From assembly GCA_963666515.2 (NCBI GenBank), contig OY762897.2, positions 4,032,001 to 4,096,000 on the forward strand: DNA of 64,000 nt. Reading direction: 5' to 3'. Origin of the DNA: Candidatus Binatia bacterium (GTDB taxonomy: Bacteria; Desulfobacterota; Binatia; UBA9968; JAJDTQ01). The position numbers and the translations under genes are program-made. Below the pieces are notes generated by a model. The model worked only from the letters and a program-made list of their open reading frames with translations, was not told the DNA's origin and searched no databases. Positions 1 through 10,062 of the stretch are shown here, piece after piece. Position 1 is the stretch's first letter, and the number at the start of each line of letters is the position of its first letter.

Positions 1-141
1 TTCGGACTCCCCGCGGAGGCCGAGGTCCACTGCTGCATCCCCCTGGGCTATCCGGAGGGCCGCTTCGGCACCACCGCTCGCCTTCCCACATCGGCGACCA
101 CCTACTACGACGAGTGGGGCCAGCCGCCGCCGTGGGAGTAG
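1..141 (+). CDS. 3' end of a nitroreductase-family protein (partial, starts before the window)
   Basis: Frame 1 reads FGLPAEAEVHCCIPLGYPEGRFGTTARLPTSATTYYDEWGQPPPWE* with TAG at 139-141. The 'IPLGYP..G...R.P......D.W' pattern is typical of nitroreductase C-termini. Confidence 0.7.
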   Translation, partial: FGLPAEAEVHCCIPLGYPEGRFGTTARLPTSATTYYDEWGQPPPWE

Positions 142-159
142 ACCGGCCGGTCGCTCTAC

Positions 160-1179
160 CTACAGCCCGTACAGCGCCCGCGCGTTGTCGCCGAGGATAT
201 TGTCGACGATGGCGGACGGCACCGAGCCTTCGGTGCGGAGCAGGCGCAGGGCCTCGATCTGGCTGGAGGTGTCGTTGTGGCCGTAGTCGGTGCCGATGAC
301 GAGGTTGTCCTCGCCCGCGTCCTTGAGGATCACCGGCAGGTCGTCGGTGGTCTGGCAGGCGACGTACATGCGGTTCTCGGCCATGATGTTGTCGGGGATC
401 GGCCTGCCCATCTTCTGGAAGCGTAGCCGCAGGTCGTTCAGGGCGTAGGGCACCCACTGGGCGCTCACCTCGACGAAGCCCCAGCGGATCTTGGGGAACA
501 GCGCCGGGGTTCCTTCCATGAGCAGCGAGTGGAACGTCCCCACCACCGGCAGCTTGAAGCGCGAGAAGCCGGTCTCGCCCTCGTAGAGGTCGTGGATGGC
601 GGTGCTGTTGGTGCCGGCGTGGACGCAGATGGGCAGGTCCAGGTCGGTGGCGATCTCGTAGAGCGGGAACAGGTCGGGATTGCTCAGCCGCATCTCGTGC
701 TCGACTCCGCGCATGAAGATGCCGCAGGCGCCGTTTTCCTTGGCGAACTCCAGTTCGCCGCGTAGCGCGTCCATGGATAGCAGGGGAGGCATGCACACCC
801 ATCGCAGCCGGCCCCGGCCCTTCTTCCAGATCTCGGCGAGCCAGCGGTTGTAGCTCCTGCACATGGCCATCTCGGTGGCTCGGCTTTGGGTGCAGGGGCG
901 CAACATCAGCGTGGGGTAGAGCACCTGCACGTCCACCTCCAGCTCGTCCATGTGCTTGACCCGGGCGTCGATATCGCGCATCTCGCGCTGGTCGGCCGAG
1001 GTGTTGGGGCCGATGTTGTTGTTCTTGACGTGCAGCCGGTTGTCCACCACCCAGTACTCGGGGCCGCCTTCCTGCTTGACCGCGAAGGGCGCGTGCGCGC
1101 GTTCGGCCTCGGTCATGAACTCCCAGGTGAAAGGCGTTTCAACGACGTGGGCGTCGGCGTCGATGGTTCTCGGGGTCAT
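160..1179 (-). CDS. Amidohydrolase family protein (Amidohydro_2 type)
   Basis: 339 aa. N-terminal IDADAH metal motif, ICVH, and C-terminal GTDYGH. Confidence 0.9.
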   Translation of the reverse strand: MTPRTIDADAHVVETPFTWEFMTEAERAHAPFAVKQEGGPEYWVVDNRLHVKNNNIGPNTSADQREMRDIDARVKHMDELEVDVQVLYPTLMLRPCTQSRATEMAMCRSYNRWLAEIWKKGRGRLRWVCMPPLLSMDALRGELEFAKENGACGIFMRGVEHEMRLSNPDLFPLYEIATDLDLPICVHAGTNSTAIHDLYEGETGFSRFKLPVVGTFHSLLMEGTPALFPKIRWGFVEVSAQWVPYALNDLRLRFQKMGRPIPDNIMAENRMYVACQTTDDLPVILKDAGEDNLVIGTDYGHNDTSSQIEALRLLRTEGSVPSAIVDNILGDNARALYGL

Positions 1180-1231
1180 GGCTTTTCTCCGTCTCGTCGG
1201 GTTTCTTCAGCTTGGTCTGCGGTGGATCCCC

Positions 1232-1306
1232 GTAGGGGCGACCGGCGGGTCGCCCCTGCACAGACCCGGCGATGAACCCCACGTAGGGGCGGCCCGCGGT
1301 CGCCCT
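1232..1306 (+). repeat. Two GTAG-type REP-like palindromes
   Basis: GTAGGGGCGACCGGCGGGTCGCCCCT (1232-1257) and GTAGGGGCGGCCCGCGGTCGCCCT (1283-1306). Related copies at 12375-12395, 43033-43054 and 45871-45894. Confidence 0.8.
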
Positions 1307-2396
1307 AGTTCGGTGCGATGCTGTAGAGCCGCTGCGCGTTCTCTCCCATGATCTTGGGCAGCGAGTCCGCGGCGATGTCGTCCCGGTCCAGCACCTCCTT
1401 CACCACGTTGGGGAACTTGCAGTCGCCGTGGTTGTAGTCCGATGCGAACACCAGCCGGTCGTCGCCGATGAAGTCCATGACGTAGGGCAAGGTGGTCTCG
1501 TCGGGCTCGAAGGAGAAGTAGACGTCGCGCTGGCGGATGTACTCGCTGGGCGGCATGGTCAGCAGCGGCACCGCCGCCTGCATGTACTCGTAGTGCTCGT
1601 CCAGCCGCTCCATCCAGAAGGGCACCCAGCCGGCGCCGGCTTCGAGGAACGCCACCTTGAGCTTCGGGAACTTCTCCAGCACCCCGCCGCCGATGACGCA
1701 CATGACGCCGATCATCTGCTCGAAGGGATGGGTGGTGGCGTGCACGAACAGGGCGTTGTCGAAGCGGTCGGCCGCGGCCGCGGGCCGGCCCGAGCCTACG
1801 TGGACGCACACCGGCACGCCCAGCTCCTCGGCCGTGGCGTAGAACGGGTCGAAGTCGGGGTGGTCGAGGTTGCGCCCGGCGGAGTGGGCCGAGGTGGCCA
1901 CGGCCACGAAGCCCAGGTCCTCGACGCAACGCCGCAGTTCGGCCGCGGCCTCTGCGGGGTCCTGCATGGGCACGCAGGCCACGCCCTTGAGCCGCTCGGG
2001 CGCGTGGCGGCAGTACTCGTGGAGCCAGTTGTTGTAGGCCTTGGCGACGGCGCAGGCGTAGTCCTTGTCCTCCAGGAACGGCAGGCTCAGGAACACGGTG
2101 GTGCCGAAGTTGACCGCGATGGTGATCTGCTCCAGGTCCATGTCCTTGAGCCGCTGCACCGGGTCCCACATGCCGGTGGTGGGCTGGGGCGAGCGGTTGT
2201 GGGGCACGGCGCCGATGCCGCAGCCCACTCCCGATGGCTTGGCCCAGATGCGGCCCTCCATGAGCAGTTGCTCGCGGCCGTCGGCCTTGACCACCCGGGG
2301 CGCCTTCTTCTTGTAAGGCCCCTCCAGCAGGTCCTCCCACGGGGCGAACTTCTCCTGCACGTGGCCGTCGGCGTCGATGATGGGAAAACTCGCCAT
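1305..2396 (-). CDS. Amidohydrolase family protein (Amidohydro_2 type)
   Basis: 363 aa. IIDADGH, VCVH, FLEAG and ASDYNH motifs. AGGAG RBS upstream. Confidence 0.9.
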   Translation of the reverse strand: MASFPIIDADGHVQEKFAPWEDLLEGPYKKKAPRVVKADGREQLLMEGRIWAKPSGVGCGIGAVPHNRSPQPTTGMWDPVQRLKDMDLEQITIAVNFGTTVFLSLPFLEDKDYACAVAKAYNNWLHEYCRHAPERLKGVACVPMQDPAEAAAELRRCVEDLGFVAVATSAHSAGRNLDHPDFDPFYATAEELGVPVCVHVGSGRPAAAADRFDNALFVHATTHPFEQMIGVMCVIGGGVLEKFPKLKVAFLEAGAGWVPFWMERLDEHYEYMQAAVPLLTMPPSEYIRQRDVYFSFEPDETTLPYVMDFIGDDRLVFASDYNHGDCKFPNVVKEVLDRDDIAADSLPKIMGENAQRLYSIAPN

Positions 2397-2490
2397 GGCT
2401 GTCTCCTGTTGGCCGTGAAGGGAGACCGGGCGGCCCGCCCGGCCTTCGCGCGGGCCGTCCGGCAGGTCCCGTCAACGGCGGAAAAGCCGT

Positions 2491-3147
2491 TTACTTGAGG
2501 TGCTTGGCCAGGAACTCGGTGCTCCGCTCCCACGCCAGGTTGGCGGCGTCGGCGTTGTAGGCCGCCCCGGTCTCGTTGCCGAACGCGTGCTGCGCTTGGT
2601 AGCGGTAGATCTCGTGGGTGACGTTGCCTTCCTTGAGGCTCGCTTCCAGGGCGTCCACCTTGTCCGGGGTGAAGAAGCCGTCTTCCAGCGCGAAATGGCC
2701 CTGGAACGGCATGGCGATGGTGCGGGTGTCGGCCGCTTCCGCCGGCGGAACGCCGTACCAGCAGCAGGCCGCGTCCGTCTTGGAGTACACCGCCGCCAGC
2801 ACGGTCAGGGCGCCGCCCATGCAGAAGCCGATGACCCCCACCTTTGGACAGCTCTGCTTCAGGTGCTCCACCGCGCTGCACACGTCCGTGTTGGCGTTGC
2901 CGAAATCGAGGTTCTGCATGAGGTGGCTGGCTTCCTCCGCCTCCACCGTCACCTTGCCCCGGTAGAGGTCCGGTACCACGGAGGTGTATCCCATGCCGGC
3001 CAGCTTGTCGGCCACGCTCTTGATCTGATCGTTGACCCCCCACCACTCCTGGATCACCACCATGCCCGGCGCGTTGTCGTCGGCGGAAGCGCAGTACGCC
3101 GATACCTCTTCGCCGTCAGGCCGCTTGATCGTGATTGTGTCTCCCAT
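2491..3147 (-). CDS. Dienelactone hydrolase family protein
   Basis: IQEWWG, GFCMGG nucleophile motif and HAF. Start placed at ATG 3147 (MGDTITI) after an AGGAGG RBS. Confidence 0.92.
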   Translation of the reverse strand: MGDTITIKRPDGEEVSAYCASADDNAPGMVVIQEWWGVNDQIKSVADKLAGMGYTSVVPDLYRGKVTVEAEEASHLMQNLDFGNANTDVCSAVEHLKQSCPKVGVIGFCMGGALTVLAAVYSKTDAACCWYGVPPAEAADTRTIAMPFQGHFALEDGFFTPDKVDALEASLKEGNVTHEIYRYQAQHAFGNETGAAYNADAANLAWERSTEFLAKHLK

Positions 3148-3256
3148 GACTTTCCTCCTGGAATTGCTGGATTTCGTTCGGCGTCGGACGCCGACGGCCC
3201 TCAGAATAGTACGTCTCAAATTAACAGTCTAGGGAAACTCGGACCAATCCCGCTGA

Positions 3257-3410
3257 GCGAAATGGCGCCCTTCGACTTCGCTCCGCTACGCTCAGGGCGA
3301 ACGGTTAAGTCAAGACGGACCGACAAAGCTCCGTTCGAGCCTGACAAATGCCCCGTTCGCCCTGAGCGTAGCGACGCATAGCGGAGCGAAGTCGAAGGGC
3401 GCCATTTCGC
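3257..3410. repeat. Long inverted repeat pair, REP/REPIN-like (CCCTTCGAC...CTCAGGGCGAACGG family)
   Basis: 3257-3304 is the reverse complement of 3353-3410 apart from a 10-bp insertion (GACGCATAGC) in the right arm. A related sequence lies at 36325-36384. Confidence 0.85.
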
Positions 3411-3537
3411 CTGCCGGAAGCGCAGTTGACGCACGATTCCGATTCTTGTTAAGAATACCGCGCATTCAGGGCTTTCGCGTCTTCACGCCCGCCACGGCGG
3501 TCCGAAATCAGCGGAACAGGAAGAGAGGGACACGCAA

Positions 3538-4065
3538 TTGACCGAGGATGAAGTACTACAGATATTGGACTTGGTGGAGAAATCGAACTTCGACTATCTC
3601 GACCTCGAGATCGGCGATCTGAAGCTCACGGTCAGCAAGTCGGGAGTTCCCGCCGTACCCGCAACCGTCAGCGTGACCCAGGCCGCACCCGTCGCCGCAC
3701 CGGCCGCGGTTCCCGCGGCAGAGGCGCCCGCAGCCGCGCCTGCCGCGGCAGCCGAGGCCCCTGCACCGGCCCCCGCGGCCGGAAGCGCGCCCGCTACCCA
3801 GCCGGTCACCGTCAAGGAAGGCACCGTTCCCATTCCCGCGCCCATGGTCGGCACGTTCTACGCCACGCCGGAGCCCGGCGCGGCGCCGTTCGTCAAGCTC
3901 GGCGACCACGTGGACGCCGAGACCACGGTGGGCCTCGTGGAGGTGATGAAGGTCTTCAACGCCGTCAGCTCCAACGTTGCCGGCACCATCGACGAGGTCT
4001 GCGTCGAAAGCGGCCAGTTCGTCGAGCACGGCCAGACCCTCTTCCTGGTCCGCCCCGATGCCTAA
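3538..4065 (+). CDS. accB: Biotin carboxyl carrier protein
   Basis: Ala/Pro-rich linker, APMVGTFY, and biotinylation motif variant EVMKV. TTG start after a GAGGGG RBS. Confidence 0.9.
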   Translation: MTEDEVLQILDLVEKSNFDYLDLEIGDLKLTVSKSGVPAVPATVSVTQAAPVAAPAAVPAAEAPAAAPAAAAEAPAPAPAAGSAPATQPVTVKEGTVPIPAPMVGTFYATPEPGAAPFVKLGDHVDAETTVGLVEVMKVFNAVSSNVAGTIDEVCVESGQFVEHGQTLFLVRPDA

Positions 4066-4079
4066 AGAGAGTTTCTCCC

Positions 4080-5447
4080 GTGGCCGTTAGCCGTCTCCTG
4101 GTCGCCAACCGGGGCGAGATAGCGGTCCGCATCATCAGAGCCTGCCAGTCCCTGGGCATCGAGTCGGTGGCCGTGGTCTCCGAGGCCGACCGCGACAGCA
4201 TGCCCGCGCGCCTCGCGAACCGCTCCGTCTGCATCGGTCCGGCCCGTTCCACCGAGAGCTACCTCAAGGTCGAGGCGCTGGTGGCCACCGCCCTCGGCAC
4301 CGGCTGCGACGCCCTCCACCCGGGCTACGGCTTCCTCGCCGAGAAGTCCGAGCTGGCCGAGGCCTGCGCCAAGCACGGCATCACGTTCGTGGGACCGCGC
4401 GCCGACAGCATCCGCCAGATGGGCAACAAGCTGCTGGCCCGGGCCACCGTGGGAGCCTTCGGCGTGCCGCTGGTGCCGGGCTCGGACAACGTCCAGAACT
4501 TCCAGGATGCAGCCGGGGTGGCCGCGGAAGTCGGCTACCCGGTGCTGCTCAAGGCCGCGGCCGGAGGCGGCGGCAAGGGCATCAAGATCGTCCGCGAGGA
4601 CGGCGAGCTTCAGACCGCGTTCGAGACCGCTTCGGCGGAGGCCCGGGCGGCCTTCGGCGATCCCACCCTCTACATGGAGCGCTACATCCCCAACGCCCGG
4701 CACATCGAGGTGCAGGTCATCGGCGACCGCTTCGGCAACGTGGTGCACGTGGGCGAGCGCGACTGCTCGCTGCAGCGGCGCTACCAGAAGGTGGTGGAGG
4801 AGGCGCCGGCCGCGTGCATCCCGGAGGAGTTGCGGGAGCGCATCCGCGACGCCGGGCACAAGGTCGCCAGGGAGATCAAGTACGAGAACGCCGGCACCGT
4901 GGAGTTCATCTACGACGAGGACCGGCAGGACTTCTTCTTCCTGGAGATGAACACCCGCATCCAGGTGGAGCACCCGGTCACCGAGATGGTGACGGGGCTG
5001 GACCTCGTGCGGGAGCAGATCCGCGTGGCCGGCGGTGAACGGCTGTCGTTCTCGCAGGAGGACGTCCGCTTCAACGGCCACGCCATCGAGTGCCGCATTA
5101 CCGCGGAAGCGCCGTGGCAGGGGTTCCGGCCGTGCCCGGGAGTCCTGACCGAGTGGAGCCCGCCCCAAGGGCCGGGCATCCGGGTGGACACCCAGTGCTT
5201 CCCGGGCTACCGCGTCCCGCCCTTCTACGACTCGTTGCTGGCCAAGCTCATCGTCCACGCCGACGACCGCGAGCAGGCGGTGGCGCGCATGAAGCAGTGC
5301 CTCGGCCAGTTCAGGGCCGCCGGCATCGACACCACCATCCCGTTCCTGGCGGCGGTGATGGATGAGCCGGACTACGTCAGCGGCAGGGTCAGCACCCGCT
5401 GGCTCGAAGGGCACCTGGACGACCTGACGGCCCGCCACGCTTCCTGA
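4080..5447 (+). CDS. accC: Biotin carboxylase subunit
   Basis: ANRGEIA, HPGYGFLAE, GGGGKG, RDCSLQRR, EMNTRIQVEH and PPFYDS motifs. Confidence 0.95.
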   Translation: MAVSRLLVANRGEIAVRIIRACQSLGIESVAVVSEADRDSMPARLANRSVCIGPARSTESYLKVEALVATALGTGCDALHPGYGFLAEKSELAEACAKHGITFVGPRADSIRQMGNKLLARATVGAFGVPLVPGSDNVQNFQDAAGVAAEVGYPVLLKAAAGGGGKGIKIVREDGELQTAFETASAEARAAFGDPTLYMERYIPNARHIEVQVIGDRFGNVVHVGERDCSLQRRYQKVVEEAPAACIPEELRERIRDAGHKVAREIKYENAGTVEFIYDEDRQDFFFLEMNTRIQVEHPVTEMVTGLDLVREQIRVAGGERLSFSQEDVRFNGHAIECRITAEAPWQGFRPCPGVLTEWSPPQGPGIRVDTQCFPGYRVPPFYDSLLAKLIVHADDREQAVARMKQCLGQFRAAGIDTTIPFLAAVMDEPDYVSGRVSTRWLEGHLDDLTARHAS

Positions 5448-5451
5448 AGCG

Positions 5452-6258
5452 TCAGTCCTTGATGAATTCCCGGATGGCCTTGTGCGCCGCGTCCGGGTTG
5501 GAGAAGAAGTAGCTGTGCCGCTCGCCCGGCAGCACCACCAGCTTCGCGTTCGGAATCCCCTCCACCAGCATCTCCGCGCCTTTCCGGTGTGACATGTCGC
5601 TCACCACCGCGTGGTCGTCCTCGCCTACCAGCACCAGCGTCGGCACGGCGATGTCCTTGAGGCGGTGCCGGGTGTCGTGCTCCTGGCGCGCGATGACGTG
5701 CCGGAAGTAGCACTCCACCGACGACAGGTTGGCCATGCGCACCTTGAGGCAGTTCTCGATCTCCTCCGGGTGGTCCTTCTGGTACTGCTCGGTCCAGCCC
5801 ACCCCGATGGTGTGCTCACGGACGTATTTCTCGTAGCCCCACTCGACCATCTGCGTGGCGATCCTGAGCGGAATGCCGTGGGCGCCCGGATGGGCCGCTC
5901 CGGACGAGGCGAGGATCAGCTTCTTCACTCGCCCGGGGTGCTCCAGCGCCAGCAACTGCGCCACCCTGCCGCCCATGGAATGGCCGCAGACGATGGCGTC
6001 GGTGGCGTCGAGGTGGTCCATCACTGCGGCGATGTCGTCGGCGAACATGCGCGTGGTGTAGCGCATGGGCGTGCGGGTGGAGCGGCCGGTGCCTCGGAAG
6101 TCCGTGATGATGGTGCGGTGGTCCCGCGAGAACTCCGGCACCTGGAAGATGTTCCACACGTCCCCGTCGCAGGCGGTTTCCGAGATGAAAACGAAAGGCG
6201 GCCCGTCTCCCTGGACCTCGTAGTGGATGTCGGCGTCGCCGACGTTGAGCGTTGGCAT
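5452..6258 (-). CDS. Alpha/beta hydrolase
   Basis: GHSMGG nucleophile elbow, GEDD acid and C-terminal His (ERHS). Confidence 0.9.
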   Translation of the reverse strand: MPTLNVGDADIHYEVQGDGPPFVFISETACDGDVWNIFQVPEFSRDHRTIITDFRGTGRSTRTPMRYTTRMFADDIAAVMDHLDATDAIVCGHSMGGRVAQLLALEHPGRVKKLILASSGAAHPGAHGIPLRIATQMVEWGYEKYVREHTIGVGWTEQYQKDHPEEIENCLKVRMANLSSVECYFRHVIARQEHDTRHRLKDIAVPTLVLVGEDDHAVVSDMSHRKGAEMLVEGIPNAKLVVLPGERHSYFFSNPDAAHKAIREFIKD

Positions 6259-6345
6259 GATGACCTCCCGGGGTGTTGGCGTTTGTTTCGCAGATGTGCG
6301 AAAATACGCCGTTTATTTCCGGCAAATCAACCTAAGGGGGTATTT

Positions 6346-7401
6346 ATGATCAGGAAGACAGGACTGGCAGTCGCTCTCGTGGCGGCGCTCGGCTTGGCCG
6401 CGGGAAACCCTGCGGTGGCCGCGGATGACTTCTTCAAGGGCAAGACCATCCGGGTCATCGTCGGCTACGCGCCCGGCGGCGGCTACGACACGTACACGCG
6501 CCAGATCGTGCGCCACATGGGCCAATACATTCCCGGAAACCCGAGTTTCATCGTGCAGAACATGACCGGCGCCGGCAGCTTGGTATCCGCCAACTACATC
6601 CAGAGGAAGGCCAAGCGCGACGGCACCGTGCTCGGCGTCTGGAACAGCGGCTACGTGACCTTCCAGGCCCTCGGCGACTCGAAGGTTCGCATCAAGGCGC
6701 AAGACCTGACGTGGATCGGCGCTCCGGTCAAGGGCATTCCGGCATGTGCGTTCATGGGCTGGTCCGGCGTGAGGACGCTGAAGGATATGACCGAGCCCGA
6801 AAAGCCCATCAAGGTGGGCGGAACCCGCGCGGGTTCGACGGGCGTCGATCTGCCGAAGCTCCTGAACAAGACCATCGGGACGAAATTCGACGTGGTGTCG
6901 GGCTACAGCGGAACCGCCACGTCCCGGATCGCCATGCAGTCCAAGGAAGTCGCCGGCGCCTGCTGGGGCTGGGAATCCATGCGGGTCACGGCCCGGGCCA
7001 TGCTTGACGCCAAGGGGGACGACAAGATGATCCCCGTGCTCACGCACCGGAAGATTGCCGATCCCGAGCTCAAGGACGCGTTGATCATTCCGGATCTGAT
7101 CGAGAAGCGGGGCGGCAAGCAACATCTCCAGACCTACCAGGGATGGGTCAACCAGTACGAGTTCCAGCGCCCGTTTTCCGGTCCTCCGGGCATTCCCGCC
7201 GACCGGGTCAAAATGCTGCGGGACGCGCTTGCGAAGACGATGAAGGACCCGGTTTTCCTCAAGGAGGCCAAGGAGGCCAAGCTCATCATCGAGCCCGTGA
7301 CGGGTCCCGAGATCGAGACGTTCGTAAGTCAGATTCTCGGCATGTCCGCAGCGTCCAAGGAGACGCTGTCGTCGCTGCTGTTGCGGAGGAAGAAGAAGTA
7401 G
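6346..7401 (+). CDS. Tripartite tricarboxylate transporter (TctC/Bug-like) substrate-binding protein
   Basis: Signal peptide followed by FFKGKTIRVIVGYAPGGGYD...QNMTGAG. The true start is ATG 6346, inside the longer 5611 ORF. Confidence 0.9.
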   Translation: MIRKTGLAVALVAALGLAAGNPAVAADDFFKGKTIRVIVGYAPGGGYDTYTRQIVRHMGQYIPGNPSFIVQNMTGAGSLVSANYIQRKAKRDGTVLGVWNSGYVTFQALGDSKVRIKAQDLTWIGAPVKGIPACAFMGWSGVRTLKDMTEPEKPIKVGGTRAGSTGVDLPKLLNKTIGTKFDVVSGYSGTATSRIAMQSKEVAGACWGWESMRVTARAMLDAKGDDKMIPVLTHRKIADPELKDALIIPDLIEKRGGKQHLQTYQGWVNQYEFQRPFSGPPGIPADRVKMLRDALAKTMKDPVFLKEAKEAKLIIEPVTGPEIETFVSQILGMSAASKETLSSLLLRRKKK

Positions 7402-7429
7402 GCCTTCCCCGGGTCTACCATCGACGTGA

Positions 7430-7461
7430 GTCAGGGAGAGGACATCCGTCCTCTCCCTGAC
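7430..7461 (+). terminator. Perfect 14-bp hairpin after the binding-protein gene (terminator or mRNA stabiliser)
   Basis: GTCAGGGAGAGGAC-ATCC-GTCCTCTCCCTGAC. No U-tract follows. Confidence 0.55.
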
Positions 7462-7508
7462 GGCTTCCCCTTCCAGCCTCACTCCACCTGCGCACGCGAA
7501 AACGTTCC

Positions 7509-8429
7509 ATGGATCACGAGGGTGCCTCGCGGACCGCGGCGCTTCGCACCGAGCGGCTCGCGATCCTGGCGCTGCTCGTCGGCGCCGTCGCCACGGCCTT
7601 CGCCCCCATTCTCGTACGCCTGAGCGAACTGGGTCCGAGCCCGACCGCGTTCTACCGGTTCCTGCTGGCGATTCCTCTCTACTGGGTGCTGGCGCTGGCC
7701 GCGCCGGGCAGAGGCCGTCGCGTTCGCCATGAGAAGCCCGACGGTTCGCAGGTCTATCTTCTGATGGCGGTAGCGGGCGCCTTCCTCGCCGGCGACATGT
7801 CGGCCTGGCACTATTCGATTGTCATGACGACGGTGGCCAATGCCAGCCTGCTATTGAACGTGACGCCCGTGTTCGTCGTCCTGGGCGGATGGCTGCTGTT
7901 CCGCACGCGGGTGACCCGAACGTTCATGTTGGGCCTCGGCGCGGCCATGGCCGGCGTGGGGGTGCTTTCGGGAGCGAGCCTGGCGCTCAGCCGCACGCAC
8001 GTGCTGGGCGACCTGCTGGGCGTGGTGACGGCCATGTTCTATGCCGCCTACCAGTTGACCATCGAGCGCCTGCGGCGGAGCTTCTCCACCATCACGATCA
8101 TGCTTTACGCCATTCCGGCCAGTGCGATGGTCACTCTGATGGTCACACTCGTGAGCGGCGACACCATGGTTGTCAGGACGCCCGCGGGGTGGGCCGTGAT
8201 GTTTGCGCTGGCCGCCGGACCGCAAGTGCTCGGCCAGGGCCTGATCGCCTGGGCGCTGGCGCACCTGCCGGCGAGCTTCGTTTCCGTCAGTCTTCTGGTG
8301 CAGCCGATCGTCGCCGCCTCCATCGCCTGGTTCCTGTTCGACGAGCGCATCGGCGCGCAGCAGGCCATTGGAGCCGCCGTCGTCATGACGGGAATCACCA
8401 TCGCGCGGCGCGGTAGCGTGCGCCGGTGA
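7509..8429 (+). CDS. DMT/EamA family transporter
   Basis: 306 aa with about 10 hydrophobic segments. TTVANASLL and LVQPIVA motifs. Confidence 0.88.
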   Translation: MDHEGASRTAALRTERLAILALLVGAVATAFAPILVRLSELGPSPTAFYRFLLAIPLYWVLALAAPGRGRRVRHEKPDGSQVYLLMAVAGAFLAGDMSAWHYSIVMTTVANASLLLNVTPVFVVLGGWLLFRTRVTRTFMLGLGAAMAGVGVLSGASLALSRTHVLGDLLGVVTAMFYAAYQLTIERLRRSFSTITIMLYAIPASAMVTLMVTLVSGDTMVVRTPAGWAVMFALAAGPQVLGQGLIAWALAHLPASFVSVSLLVQPIVAASIAWFLFDERIGAQQAIGAAVVMTGITIARRGSVRR

Positions 8430-8481
8430 CCGGCATGGACGAACGGAATTCGCCAGCCGGGAGTGCGCACCGGTGACCGGC

Positions 8482-9717
8482 ATGCGCGAACGGGACCTTC
8501 TCCGCGGGTTGTTCGAGACGGCGGTCGCCGCCGCCGATCCGGCGAAGGTCGTGCCGCCGCATCTCCCGTCGCCGCCGCCCGGCCGCACCCTGGTGCTGGC
8601 CGCGGGCAAGGCCGCAGCTTCCATGGCCCGCGCCGTCGAGCAGCACTGGCCGACCGAAGTCGAAGGCATCGCGGTGACCCGGTACGGTCACGCAGTCGAT
8701 TGCGAGCGCATCGAGGTCGTCGAGGCCGGTCATCCGTTGCCGGACGAAGCGGGGCAGGGCGCGGCGTCGCGCTTTCTTGACGCCGCCGCCCGCCTGGGCC
8801 CGGACGACCTGCTGCTGTTTCTCCTGTCCGGCGGGGCATCCGCGCTGCTGGTAGAGCCGCAACCCGGCCTCAGTCTGGCCGACAAGCGGGCCATCAACCG
8901 CTCCCTACTGCAAGCCGGCGCTCCCATCGCCGAGATGAACTGCCTGCGCAAGCACCTTTCCGCCATCAAGGGAGGCCGCCTCGCCGCCGCGGCCGCCCCG
9001 GCCAGCGTCGTGACCCTCGCCATCTCAGACGTGCCGGGAGACAACCCGGCAGTTATCGGTTCCGGCCCGACGGCAGCCGACCCCACCACTTGCGCCGACG
9101 CGCTCGCGATCGCCGACCGCTACGGCATCGTGCTGCCGGACGTTGCACGGAAGGCACTGGAGCAGGGCAGGTGGGAAACGGTGAAGCCCGGCGATCCATG
9201 CTTTGCCCAGGCAGACTATGCGCTGGTGGCGCGCCCCGCAGACGCGCTTGCAGCCGCAACGGCAAGCGCACACGCGATGGAACTCGCAGTGGTGATTCTC
9301 GGCGACGACGTTCAAGGAGAGGCCCGCGACCTCGGCGCGGCGCACGTGGCATTGGCCCGCCGAAATGCCCCTGGAGTGCTGATTTCGGGCGGAGAAGCCA
9401 CGGTTACGGCCCACGCCCCGGACGGAGTCGGCGGCCCCAACCTGGAATACCTTTTGGCGCTCGCTCTGGCGCTGGACGGCATGCCCAACGTCCACGCCAT
9501 CGCCTGTGACACCGACGGCATCGACGGTTCCGCCGACGCTGCCGGCGCCGTCATCGGTCCCGATACCCTGGCGCGCGCCCGCGCCGCCGGAATGGACCCC
9601 TCGGACATGCTCGCCCGGCACCACAGCTACGAGTTCTTCCGCCGACTCGGCGATCTGGTGGTGACGGGTCCGACGCGTACGAACGTCAACGATTTCCGGG
9701 CGGTGCTGATTACCTGA
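8482..9717 (+). CDS. Glycerate kinase / hydroxypyruvate reductase (TtuD, MOFRL family)
   Basis: AGKAA, GHPLPD, LSGGASAL, SAIKGG, ISDVPGD, SGGE, DTDGIDG and TGPTRTNVND. Start at ATG 8482 or GTG 8473. Confidence 0.92.
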   Translation: MRERDLLRGLFETAVAAADPAKVVPPHLPSPPPGRTLVLAAGKAAASMARAVEQHWPTEVEGIAVTRYGHAVDCERIEVVEAGHPLPDEAGQGAASRFLDAAARLGPDDLLLFLLSGGASALLVEPQPGLSLADKRAINRSLLQAGAPIAEMNCLRKHLSAIKGGRLAAAAAPASVVTLAISDVPGDNPAVIGSGPTAADPTTCADALAIADRYGIVLPDVARKALEQGRWETVKPGDPCFAQADYALVARPADALAAATASAHAMELAVVILGDDVQGEARDLGAAHVALARRNAPGVLISGGEATVTAHAPDGVGGPNLEYLLALALALDGMPNVHAIACDTDGIDGSADAAGAVIGPDTLARARAAGMDPSDMLARHHSYEFFRRLGDLVVTGPTRTNVNDFRAVLIT

Positions 9718-9765
9718 ACGGATCTGCGGCGGAGCAACCGATATCCTGGTTGAAAGGGTTCGCTT

Positions 9766-10062
9766 TCACCCCACGAGGGTCAGGCCGGCGTCTTCGAAAC
9801 GCCGCGCGGCAGCGCACCGCTCGGCCTTCAGGTCTCTCGCCCACTGCGCGGTATCCACCTTGCGCTCGCGCAGAGATGTCTGCAATCGGTCGAGAGTGTC
9901 CAGTGCCGCATTCCGAGTCGGGACATCTTCGTTTGCCGCGATCCGAATGGCTCGCCGCAACACTTCGGACTTCGACACGCTCCAGCGTTTCGCCAATGCC
10001 TCCAGCGCACGTACGGATTCCACGTCCAGCGAATAGGTTGACTTGATTGAAGTTCTGGCCAT
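9766..10062 (-). CDS. Ribbon-helix-helix (CopG-like) putative antitoxin, no adjacent toxin
   Basis: STYSLD...LEALAKRWSVSKSEVLRRAI is an RHH signature. 98 aa. Confidence 0.75.
   Translation of the reverse strand: MARTSIKSTYSLDVESVRALEALAKRWSVSKSEVLRRAIRIAANEDVPTRNAALDTLDRLQTSLRERKVDTAQWARDLKAERCAAARRFEDAGLTLVG

Noticed and set aside
5611-6345. Apparent N-terminal extension of the TctC-like protein (596-aa ORF)
   Set aside because: It overlaps the minus-strand hydrolase. The signal peptide and RBS point to ATG 6346.
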